This document shows, piece by piece, positions 52,061 through 64,000 of a stretch of DNA of 64,000 bases. Below the pieces are notes generated by a model. That model did no database searches and was not told the DNA's origin. It saw nothing but the letters and a program-made list of their open reading frames with translations. Location of the stretch: assembly GCF_009914755.1 (NCBI RefSeq), contig NC_060925.1. The stretch is one strand, 5' to 3'. The stretch is from the human T2T-CHM13v2.0 reference genome, Homo sapiens. Every line of letters starts with the position of its first letter. Positions within the stretch are counted from its first letter, which is position 1. Made by a program: the position numbers and the translations under genes.

Positions 52061-55000
52061 TGTTCTAGAAGAATGCTGGGGATTTGAAATGCTGAAATTT
52101 TCGAATGCTGAAAATCCATTCGAGCAGATTTTTATTTGATTCTGCTCTTTATGGGACAGAAGACAAGTCTGTTTGGGAAGGCATGTGTTTGAAAAGAGCC
52201 TAAAGGTGTCTGACCATTGAGACCCTAGTGCCTAAAAATCTGGAAGAGACTGCCTAGTTCTCAGGGAATGTTCCTTCCTTCCTTTATTCATTCATAGACT
52301 AGTTTGGAACACCCGCCATGTGACAGGCATCGTGTTGAGCCTTGGTGAGACAGACAGGCAAGTCTTTGCAGAGCTTATAGCTCAGTTACTGCTGGGGCTG
52401 CCAATGTGATGACTAATAGCAAAGAGTGTAAAGAAGGACACGACTTAGTTGGGGGCTGGGGAAGACTTCCCAGAAGAAGCAATGGGTAAGCTGATTCCCC
52501 TGACTGGGAATCCAAGTGAGGGCAGAGACAAGGTACAGTGTAATCAATGCAGGGAAAGAAACATCAGGTGACAGGCTTTTACATGCCATTTTTAGAGAAT
52601 ATGTGCACTGCTGTATTGACCCTTTTGGGAGGGTCTGATTCTTTTAGACAACAGGAACATCCGCTTTTCCCACTGGCAGATGGATCAGGCTGTTGATCCT
52701 GTTCTGTGATCCAAATGGCTCAGTCTCCATACTGGGAGATGGGGAAGGTATAGCTGATGTTTTGTGTGAGTCGGTGAATTGTCACAGAAGTAGACAAAAC
52801 CATGCAAAATTTCCATTTGTTTCTTTGGATTTACCTCTGAGCCGAGTCTCTCAGATCATTAGAAAAAAAAAAAAAAAACACCCCAGATCACAGAGTCTAA
52901 TAGATAGAATGTTATCTTTAAGGCAACGCTTAAAACTCAATGTTCGTAATGTAATATTTATTTAAAACAAAATAGCTTAACTGTTTTTTTTTAAACGAAA
53001 AAATCTTACCTAATTAGTTCCTTGTTCTTTTGGCCCAAAAAAACTCAATTTTACTTTGTTAAAGAAAATATAAGAAATACCAACTACATGAGAAAGTTAA
53101 ACTGATGTTTGATTCAAATACTAATTATTTTTATTTTTTAATTTTTAAAAAATTTTTTTCACAAAATTATTCACTCATTTTATACACATTTTTGAGCTCA
53201 TACCATGTGCCAGGCATTGGGCTACAAAGATGAAAAAGACATCAATCCATTTTTATTTTTCAATATATTTCCCAGAACTTGTGTCATCTTAGGAGTGTCC
53301 GTGCTGCTGATTGGGCTCAGGGCACAGGTGCTGCTGGATGGTGTTTGGTGCTTTATGTGGTAACCTATTTCCCCAACAGGACATCATGGCTGCCAGGACG
53401 AAAGCGTATGCCAGTGGGCTGCATTGACCATGTGGCTTTGTGCATGTTTGGGGATGATTACAAGGATAATAGAGAGCATTTGGGGGACATTAGTGGCAGC
53501 ACAGCACAAATGAAGCCAGTGCGTGGCCTGTCTCCTCCTTGCACGGTGCTTCTGGCTTTCTGCTGGTTAATACAAGATGCCATGGATAGATGCTCTTGGC
53601 AAATGTCCCTTGGGCTGCTGGCTGTTCACATTGCCCTTGAAATCTGAAATACACACCCTAGGGATTGAAAACTGCTGGAGGCTTCATGTTCATGGAGGGA
53701 AGCTGAGCTGTATTGGTGAGAGGAATGGCTGAAAATAAGTCCCTAGAGTAGCTTGGTGTGGAGTTTCTAAACAATTTCACATCCAGCAGGTTCCAGGAAG
53801 GGCACAAGGCTACCCAACCAGGTCAATGAAAGGAGGCCATTTGTTGAGTGAGGATGGGAAGGGATGGGCACCAAGGAGGGGCCTGCTGTGTGTGTGTTTG
53901 AGGGGGTGTGGGATGCAGAGGGAGGGGGAGGTACACCAGCCTGCAGTCTTGCATGACAGGGACTTGGAGAAGGGTCTCAAGGTCCTGATGTGAAGAGGAT
54001 TGAAGCTGGCCTCAGAGGAAGCTAATCGTGGCATGAAGGAGACCCTGTGCTGGGGCCTCAGTGTGTGTTGTGGTTCTGTGGGGACAATTAGGGTTTCTGG
54101 GTTTCCTGAGCTGCAAAGCATCCTGCTCTCAACACCAGTGCACCAGGTGGCCCACGTCAGCGAGGCAGGAAGGAAAGGGCCCTTCACCCTTCCAGGTGTC
54201 TGTTTTACCCCCAGTTGTAGTTTCCAGAGCTCCAGGAGGTTTTTGCTTATGCCTAGTTTGCTGAACTTAGTACAGGAGGAGCCCATCCTGTGCATGTACC
54301 AACTACCAGGTTGGCAAATAGGTTTCATCCTGAGTGCCAATTCTGGTCAATGCAGGAGCTTCCTGGAGGACTTTGCTGAGACAGAATTCTTAGGCCACCT
54401 CTGGCCCTGCAGGAAAGAGGCTGTGATCAATTATTGATCCCTGCCAGGGATATGCCACCAACTTACCATCTCTATGACTCAGTTGTATTTCCCTAGACCC
54501 ACTTGTGTAGACCCACGTGCTACCTAGACCTATGTGTGCAGTCTTGTGGGCACTCCATAAATACCTGTGAATGAAATTTAATCTACCTAGAGTGCCTCTC
54601 CTCTTGAGTGTCCAGTAGATTCTGTACTTCCTCAGATGGCTTAGCAGGTGAAAAGGGGAATATCCCTTTCGAGTTATCCTTGGAAACCTTATTGTTGGGC
54701 AGAGCAGGAAGGATGGGGTAGATGCCTTCATTCATTCTGCAGCTGTTTATTGAGTGTTCACTGTGGGCTGAACCATGGAGGCTGGGTGCTGGGGATACAC
54801 AGTGTGTGCTGGAGCTGGGGACAGACTTGAGGCCCCCTCTCTCTGCTGAGGTAGAGAGCAGCGAAGGCACCTCACTGCTCAAAGGAGTCAGAGAAGTCTG
54901 TGCTTCTCAGTGGCTGAGGGGCTGGGGAGGAAGTCCTCTGCCAGAGCACGGGAACCTTGGCCTCAGGCCTGACAGGTGGCCCTTTTTACCACTGTTCTGC

Positions 55001-55666
55001 AGGCCTCCTGGGCTCCCTCTGGGGATGCTTGCAGCTTTCACTGAGCCAGTAAGCTCTTCTCTCGCCTGTGCACACTGGCAGAGGACTTGAAGTGCTTCCC
55101 AAAAATAAGCTGGTTGCCCCCGGGTCCTGCTAAGTTCTGGCAGTTCCAGAAGAAGCAGATAAAGAATGCAGAAGGTCCTCTGCCTTCAGTCTACCAGGTT
55201 GTCTCCCCTCCCCTCAGCCAGCCCCTTCCAAAGCCCACTGGGTAGGTCTGGTTTCTCATCCTCAGCACATGCAATCGTTAGATAAGAATGTTCCAAGAAC
55301 CTGACTAGCAAGAGTTTCATTACCACTCATTTGGGTAAGTCATGATGTGCCTGTCCTTGTGATCAGCTCCTAAAAGCTCAGAATTTGCCATTTCATGCAC
55401 TTAAAATGGTTAAAGAAGTGTTTTTGGGAAAACGCAGATGTTAATATTTCAAGTCACATAATAACTTTACAACTATCTTGTAAATACAAGTAGGAGCATT
55501 TTTGGTTTCATTTTGTATTCCGTTTACTGAAAAATTAAATAAATTAAAATCTTACCTGTTGAAACATGTATATGTGGATCTGTTCATGCACATTTATACC
55601 CTCATGTGTATAAGGAGCCACCATCACATGTGCTTATGCAGATGTCCATGTGTGAGTGTGCAGCGT

Positions 55667-55690
55667 ACACACACACACACACACACACAC
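55667..55690. repeat. (AC)n microsatellite
   Basis: Perfect AC run. Confidence 0.9.
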
Positions 55691-56076
55691 GTCCTCATGC
55701 CCACACGCTAGCCTTTTGTTCTAGTTTCTGATCTTCTGTTATGGTTAGTTTGTAAAGAATTGTGTGTCCCACAACGTGAGGCTTGGAGACATAAGTGTTA
55801 GCTGCTACATCTCCTTAACGTATTTTTGTTTTCTCAATCTTCCTTTCATTACTCTAGATATTTGTCATACATTCAGTTACAAATTCATGGCCATCCAAAA
55901 GCTTCCCCAGGTATGTGTCCTTCTTCCTGCTTCTGGAGGCAGAGTGGTGTGGCAGGATGAGCATGGCCTTTGAAGTCACTCATGTCATTCACTGGACATG
56001 AATGATAAGCTGTGTGACCTTGGGCAGAGACTTAATCACTGGAGTCTCAGTCTCCCAATTAGTAAAACAGTGGTAT

Positions 56077-56719
<643 letters not shown>

Positions 56720-56999
56720 TTAGGAAGGGAGTTACTTCTGCAGCAGGGAGCTCATTTCACTATCAGCAACGTCAGGTACCTGGAAAATACTTTCTGAAAA
56801 GACTGGACAAGAACAGCCAGGGAATGGGTTGGGAGGTGCAGGTGACAGCCTTTGGAAAGGGAAATGACCTGCAGAACCACTGTTGGTGCCTATATTTGTT
56901 CCTGGGATCAAGAAGAGCACAAGATTCATCCACTGAGATTCCTTACTTGCTGCTGCATGTTGCCAACAACTTTTTCTGCAATTACAAACTGAGAACATG

Positions 57000-59469
57000 T
57001 GGCATGGTCTGGACATTTGTCCTCTCCAAATCTCACGCTGAAATGTGATTCCCAGTGTGAGGTGGGCCCAGGTGGGAGGTGATTGGATCATGGGGGTGGA
57101 TCCCTCATGAATGGTTTAACACCATCCCTTTGGTGATGAGTAACTTCTCACTTAGCTAATTCACATCAGATCTAGTTGTTTAAAAATCTGGGACCTTCCC
57201 CTTCACTCTCTTGCTCCTGCTCTTGCCATGTGATGTGCCTGCTCCTGATTCACCTTCTGCCATGATTGTAAGCTTCTTGAGGCCTCACCAGAAGCTAAGC
57301 AGGTGTTGGTGACATGCTTCTACAGCCTGCAGAACAATGAGCTTTTGTTTATAAATTACCCAGTCTCAGGTATTTCTTTATAGCAATGCAAGAACAACCT
57401 AATACAGAAAATTGGTACAGAGGAGTAGAGCTGTTATTAAGAGACTGGAAAATGCAGAAGCAACTTTGGAACTGGGTAACAGGCAGAGGTTGGAAGAGTT
57501 TGGAAGGCCCAGAAGAAGATGGGAAAATGAAGGAAAGTGTAGAACTTTTTAGAGACTTGTTAAGTTGTGGTGACCAAAATGCTGATAGAAAAATGGACAG
57601 TGAAAGCCAGGCTGAGAATGTCTCCGATGGAAATGAGGAATTGTTGGGAACTGAATTAAAGGTCACCCATGTTATGCCCTGACAAAGAACTTGGCTGCAT
57701 TGTATTCATGCCCAAGGGATCTGTGGAAATTTGGTATTAAGAGTGATGATATGATATAGGGTGTCTTGCAGAAGAAATTTCTAAGCAGCAAAGCATTTGA
57801 GAGTAGCCTGGCTGCTTCTAACAACCTGTGATCAGATGCGGGAGCAACAAAATGCTTAAAGTTGGAACCTATATTTAAAAAGGAACCAGAGCATAAAAGT
57901 TTGGAAAATTTGCAGCTTAGCTATGTGGCAGAGAAATAAAAAGCCTTTTCAGGAGAGGAATCCAAGCAGGCTGTGGAACAACCACTTGCTAGAAATATTA
58001 GCATGACCAAAAGGAAGCAAAGTGCTAATTTCCAAGACATTGGGAAAATGCCCTGAAGGCATTTCAGAAATCTCTGAGGCAGCCCTCCCATCATAGGCTC
58101 AGAGGCCTAGGAGGGGAAGAATGGTTTCTGGGCCAGACCCAGGGCCCCATTGCCCTGTGCAGCCTCAGGACCCTGCTTCCTGCATCCTGGCTGCTCTGGC
58201 CCCAGCTTTGGCTCAAAGTGCCCCAGACACTCCTTGGGTGGCCACTTTGAAGCGTGCAAGCCACTGCTAGCCTTGGTGGCTTTCACATGGTGTTAAATCT
58301 GCAGGCGCCTGGAATGCAAGAGTGAAGGAGGCTTGGCAGCTTCCCCCTAGATTTCAGATGATGTATGAGAAAGCCTAGATGTTGAGGCAGAAGCCTACCA
58401 CACGGGCCGAGGCCCCACAGAGTAACTCTACTAGGGCAATGTGGAGGAGTAATGTGGGGTTAGAGCTCCCACAAAGACTCCCCACCAGGGCACTGCCTAA
58501 TGGAGATGTGGGAAGGGGCCCACTGCCCTCCAGATACAAGAATGGTAGATTCACCAGCAGCTTGTAACTTCTTCCTGGAAGAGCTGCAAGTACTCAACTC
58601 CAACCTGTGACAGCAGCCACCATGGGTTGTACCTTGCAAAACACAGTGGCAGGGTACACCTTGGGAGCCCACCTCTCACACCAGGATGCAGGATATGGAA
58701 TCAAGGATTGTGTTGGAGCTTAAAGATTTAATGCCTTCCCTGCTGGGTTTCAGACTTGCATGGAGCCTATTACCCCTTTCTTTTGGCCAATCTCTTCCTT
58801 TGGGAATGAGAACGTTTACCTAATACCTGTACCACTCCTGTATATTGAGAGTATAAATCATTTGTTTTTGATCTCACAGCTTGTAGGTGGAAGGAACTCA
58901 TCATCATAGGTAAGACTTTGGACTTCGGACTTGAGACTTGTGAGTTAATACTGGAACAAGTTAAAACTTTGGGCGACTATTGCAAAGGCACGATTGTGTT
59001 TTGAAATGTGAGAAGGATGTGAGATTTGCGGGGGGCTGGAGGTGGAATGATATGGTTTGAATATTTGTTCCCTCTGAGTCTCATGTTGAAATGTTATTCC
59101 CAGTGTTGGAGGTGGGGCCTAGTGGGAGGTGACTGGATCATGGGTGGATCCCTCATGAATGGTTTAGCACCTTCCCCTTGGTAATAAGTGATTTCTCCCC
59201 CAGTTAGTACACAAGAGATCTGGTTATTTAAAAGTCTGGGACCTCCCCACTCTTGTTCTCTTGTCCCCTTTCTTACCATGCAAAATGCCTGCTCCTGCTT
59301 TACTTTCTGCTATGATTATAAGCTTCCTGAGGTTCTCACCAGAAGCTTAGCAGATGTTGGTGCCATTCTTGTACAGCCTGCAGAACCATGAGCCGATTAA
59401 ACCTCTTTTGTTTATAAATTACCCAGTCTTGGCTATTCCTTTATAGCAATGCAAGAAAGGACTAATACA
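57000..59469 (+). mobile_element. Complete MaLR element of the MST family (MSTB-like): 5' LTR 57000-57406, internal region 57407-59047, 3' LTR 59048-59469
   Basis: Two ~410-bp direct repeats with TG...CA ends; internal region starts gaaaattggtac; purine-rich tract before the 3' LTR; perfect 5-bp TSD ACATG at 56995-56999 and 59470-59474; broken MaLR ORF pieces (QLWNWVTGRGWKSLEG). Confidence 0.93.
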
Positions 59470-60277
59470 ACATGGAATGTATTTTCTTTTTCCTCTGATT
59501 ATATTATCTGGGCACTACCGTGGATCAAAGCCGCAGTCATGACCTCATCATGTTGCTTCTGGGCGACAACTAAACAAATTTAAATATGAATTTAAAGCAC
59601 ACACATTTCTAGAAATCCAGTGTCAGAAGCCTTAAATATCAACTATTTATGTGAGTAGTCATCAAGCGTCTGGTTTGTGACGACTTTTGCACTGTTTTGT
59701 CACTATCTGGTGGCTTACAGGAAACCTCCCATTCTACGTGGTTGAAGAAAGAAGAAGTGACACCTTGATGTTTTTCTCAGAAGCTATGGTTGGGGACCTC
59801 CCCCTGAAAGCATGCAGATAATTAGTCATCTTGGAGACTATTTTTTAGTACAAGGTAGTCACAGGAAGGCCATGTGAGTACGGAAAGTTATGAGGCTTTG
59901 ATTCTAATCCCAGTGCACCTTAAATGTCTGTGGGATCTTAGGAAAAATCACCCTTTCTGAGTCCCAGTTCTCTCAGATGTAATAAGAGAAGGTAGATAGA
60001 ATGCTACCTAAGGGATTTTTTTTTTTGTCCTGACATTTTGTGATTTTTTTTTCACACACAAATAGAGGATGATATTTTGTGATTTTAATATAACCACAAA
60101 ACTTACAGATCTGCAGAACTTTAGTCTATATCCTCATCACCTTCCTATAGAGCTGTGAGGAGATTCTTCTAACAACTCAATGTCTCTTCCTAGGTCAGTC
60201 TTTCTGGAGTGGTCCTTGGGCCTTTCAATACCCGAGTGTTCCTTCTAAAAGATACAACTAATGCCTTTTTCCCTTAA

Positions 60278-60656
<379 letters not shown>

Positions 60657-61504
60657 TGTTCAGTAATTTTTTATCGTGTGCTAGACTTTGGTGGATGATA
60701 CTTTGTAGGGAGCCTGGATTTTCTTGTCTTCCTTTAAATGGTGGTGAGCTTTGTTCTAGCAGACAGTTAAACTACTAGCACATCTTTTTGGTCCTGTTAG
60801 GCTTGGTTTTATTCTTTGTTAGGGCAGGTCTATTTCTGTTTTGAACTTAGTCTTAGGGCACGCCTCTTAACCCTAGAATGTGTTCCCTGCTTTTAAAGTG
60901 TGGTCTTTCTTGTATCACCACTGAAAGCCTGAAGTGCTCAGTGAGGTTTCTCCACTCTGCCTGGAACTCTAGAGTCTCCAATATTGCATCATCTCTAGAA
61001 TTACTGTCCGCTCTCAGCTCTGCGACTGGTGATCTTTGCTAAGCAATGGTCTCACCCAGTACATATATACTTTAACCCTGGATCAAGAATACTTATCCAG
61101 ATTTCTCCCCCCATCCCCTAAAACACGTACACCATGTGCAGTTCCCTCTTCCTTCTTTCCCTGCCCCACACATCCCAGCTGCTTCAGCAGCCCAGAACTT
61201 CACTTCTGCCACCTCAGTTCAGCTTGAGCTCTACCTCAAGAGCTCAAGGAAAGAAAACCTCCCTAGACAGAAAGCCAGGCTGATCATGTGACTTACCTTG
61301 TATGTTTCTCTTCTCTCAAAAATCACGGGGCCCTGCACTACCTGCCATTCAGTGCTTGAAAACATCATCTCATGTATCTTGTTTGATTTTATGATTGTTT
61401 TTGACAGAAGGGCAAGTCTAGTACTAGTTAGTCTGTCATCCATTGAGAACTAAATCCCCATATTTCACAGCAAGAAGTTTGTACATAACACCTAAAACTG
61501 AATA

Positions 61505-61803
<299 letters not shown>

Positions 61804-63126
61804 TAAGAAACAACCATATAGGCACATTTTCAATATATACAGGTAATCTGTAGACAATCCAATGTCAGAAATAGTCAAAAGTAATTCTGTCTACTTTGCA
61901 ATTGGGACTGGCTGGGGTGAGGGATGGGGCTGGGTTCAACTGCTTTTTTAAGAAAAAGTCCTTCTGTACAATTTGATTTTCTAAATCATGTGTAGGTATT
62001 ATCCACTCTTGTTTATCTCTGTATAAAGCCCAACCAAACTCTTCAGTTTAGCATACAAGGCCCCTCACCCACTTCGTCCCTGCACTTCAAATTCCTCAAT
62101 AGTGAACCTCTCCCCCTTTCCTTGACATGCCATGCTCATGGCAGGATGCCTTGGCTCTGCTTCGTTGACCCTACCCATTTATCTCATCATTTAGATCCCG
62201 AGGCCTTTCTCCCCATCATGCTTTGGCCCTTGAGGGCAGTGGGAGCCCCGTGTTGGTGCTTGGCAGACAGCGTGCCAGGAGCGCTGCCGCCTTTCCATGT
62301 CTCTCTTAGTCATGTCACCTCTTGTGCATTTCCTCTCCATTTGTCAGCCTGGCTTGCTGGGTCTCACACATTCACTGCATTTTCTCACGGATAATCTAAG
62401 AAACAAAAACTGCTCAGTAGTCTACCTAATTCACAATGCATCTTGCTGGTAGAATAATCAAAATGAAATTTAAAAAAGTGAGAGTGGCGAAAAGTATACT
62501 TGATAAAATATTGTTTTTTAACCAAAAGATGTGTAAAATAATAAGATTCTAGACTATATTGATTGATATAAAATTTGACCCAGGAAAGTCAAAGTTGGTA
62601 GAATTAAAGGCCTATGTACATCTATCACCATGAAAAAAGCTTTATTCAGTACAATTTGGTGTGAACAAAACAAACAGATCAACCAGTGAAACTGGTACTA
62701 TACAATGCCAAAGGAAGAAAAGAATAGATGGCAAAAATAATTCTGATAACATAAAAGTGAAAGTCAAAAAAATAGGAAACTATTGAATTGCCTTGCATTA
62801 GAAAATTGATGAAGGAAATAAATTGGCTCAACAGAGTTTATGCTGGAAAATATTTTCTTAACAGGAAAATATCCCCAGGATGAAGATGATGGGTTTGTAA
62901 CACCCACTGTGTTCTTCTATTTCTCTGCATTTTTGTTCAAGGCCATCCTTTTGTCTAGAAGATGCTCTTCTGACTTGGCCTCCTCCCAACTTCTACTCAC
63001 CCCTTGGTGAACTCGTGTCATCTCCTCTATGAAGACTTCCCTGCAACCCAAGGCACCTTCTCTGTACCTTCTTTGCACTCCCACTATCCCTTGCACATCT
63101 TTTATGTGGCTTGACTGTGTTGTATT

Positions 63127-63284
63127 TTTTGTTTTTTTCGAGATACAACTTCCCTCTGTGGCCCAGGCTGGAGTGCAGTGGTGTGATCATAGCTCACTGC
63201 AACCTCACACTTGTGGGCTAAAGTGATCCTCCTGCCTCGGCCTCTAAAGTACTGGGATCACAGATGTGAGCCGCTGGGCCTGGC
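63127..63284 (-). mobile_element. Monomeric Alu (FAM/FRAM-like, or a recombined AluJ)
   Basis: ~160-bp monomer with TSD tgactgtgttgtatt (63112) / tgattgtgttgtatt (63285). Confidence 0.85.
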
Positions 63285-63629
63285 TGATTGTGTTGTATTA
63301 AACAGGCATCTGTCTATGGGCTTGAACTCTTCCATGTATCTTGATGTATTTGGTTTTTGATCACCAGTATCCAGCAGATTTTTTGGTTCAATACACATTT
63401 GTTCAATATGAGTAAGTTTTGTAAGAGGGGAGAAGAGGAGATGCACAAAGGTGACTAAGATATAGCTCCTGTCCTCAAGAAGTGCGTTCTCTGGCAAGCA
63501 GATGGCCAAGGGAAGTTTTAAAAATGGCCACAGTGGGAGGCCATGAGAGGCCCTGTGCCCAGGGACAGTGAGCTCAGAGCTGGCTGAGGGAATCTAGGAT
63601 TTCTTTCTTAAAAAATACAGTGGGAAGTT

Positions 63630-63929
63630 GGCCAGATGCAGTGGCTTATGCCTGTAATCCCAGCACTTTGGGAGGCTGAGGTAGGAAGATCACTTGAGGC
63701 CAAGCATTTGAGACCAGTCCGGGCAACATAGAGAGACCCCCAACATCTATGTGAGCATGGTGGTGTGTGTCTGAAGGCTTAACTATTTGGGGTCCTGGCA
63801 GGTTGAGTCTGCAGTGAGCCATGATCATCACTGAACTCCAGTCTGGGCAACAGAGCAAGACCCTGTCTCAAAAAAAAAAAAAAAAAAAAAAAAAAGAAAA
63901 AGAAAAAGAAAAAAAGAAAAGAAAAAAAA
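63630..63929 (+). mobile_element. Alu (AluJ-like) with internal deletions and a long A-rich tail
   Basis: ggccagatgcagtggcttatgcctgtaatcccagcactttggg...gaccctgtctc(A)n. Confidence 0.9.
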
Positions 63930-64000
63930 GGTTTCTCCCTTGCATGATAACTTTTAAAAAATGAAAAATTTAGACAAAATAGAAAATCACTCATATTTCT

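Noticed and set aside
53810-54437. Overlapping 176-aa (-) and 145-aa (+) ORFs
   Set aside because: Non-ATG starts, no recognisable homology, no supporting promoter or splice structure; within chance expectation for 64 kb.
57386-57682. 98-aa ORF in the MST internal region
   Set aside because: A fragment of the degenerate MaLR internal ORF, truncated by stops.

Overview
This is primate genomic DNA (human or great ape) spanning the complete TENT5C (FAM46C) gene on the + strand, plus about 40 kb of repeat-rich downstream intergenic sequence. TENT5C has a CpG-island promoter with CCAAT, GC, NRF1-like and TATA elements. It has a non-coding exon 1 (~1268-1368), one 16.7-kb intron and a single coding exon (CDS 18083-19258, 391 aa, a non-canonical poly(A) polymerase), followed by a ~4.3-kb 3' UTR ending near 23600. 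Downstream lie a frameshifted VDAC2 processed pseudogene (- strand, inserted in an old L1), a two-LTR MST-family MaLR element with a 5-bp TSD, an L1PA 3' end, MLT1 LTRs, hAT-type MERs, MIR/L2 fossils and Alus (11 Alu-family elements in the whole window). Almost all other ORFs in the track are noise or repeat-derived. I see no evidence for an undescribed gene system. The most worthwhile second-look items are: a spliced 5' leader that is fully open in frame with the CDS; a perfect 13-bp hairpin just inside intron 1; ISRE/EICE/octamer motif clusters; three miR-9 seed sites; two kb-scale templated duplications (53 bp direct, 78 bp inverted); an apparent 3'-extended VDAC2 transcript fossilised in the pseudogene; and a 5' LTR that has lost its poly(A) signal. 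Repeat subfamily calls and gene names come from recall of consensus sequences, not from database searches.
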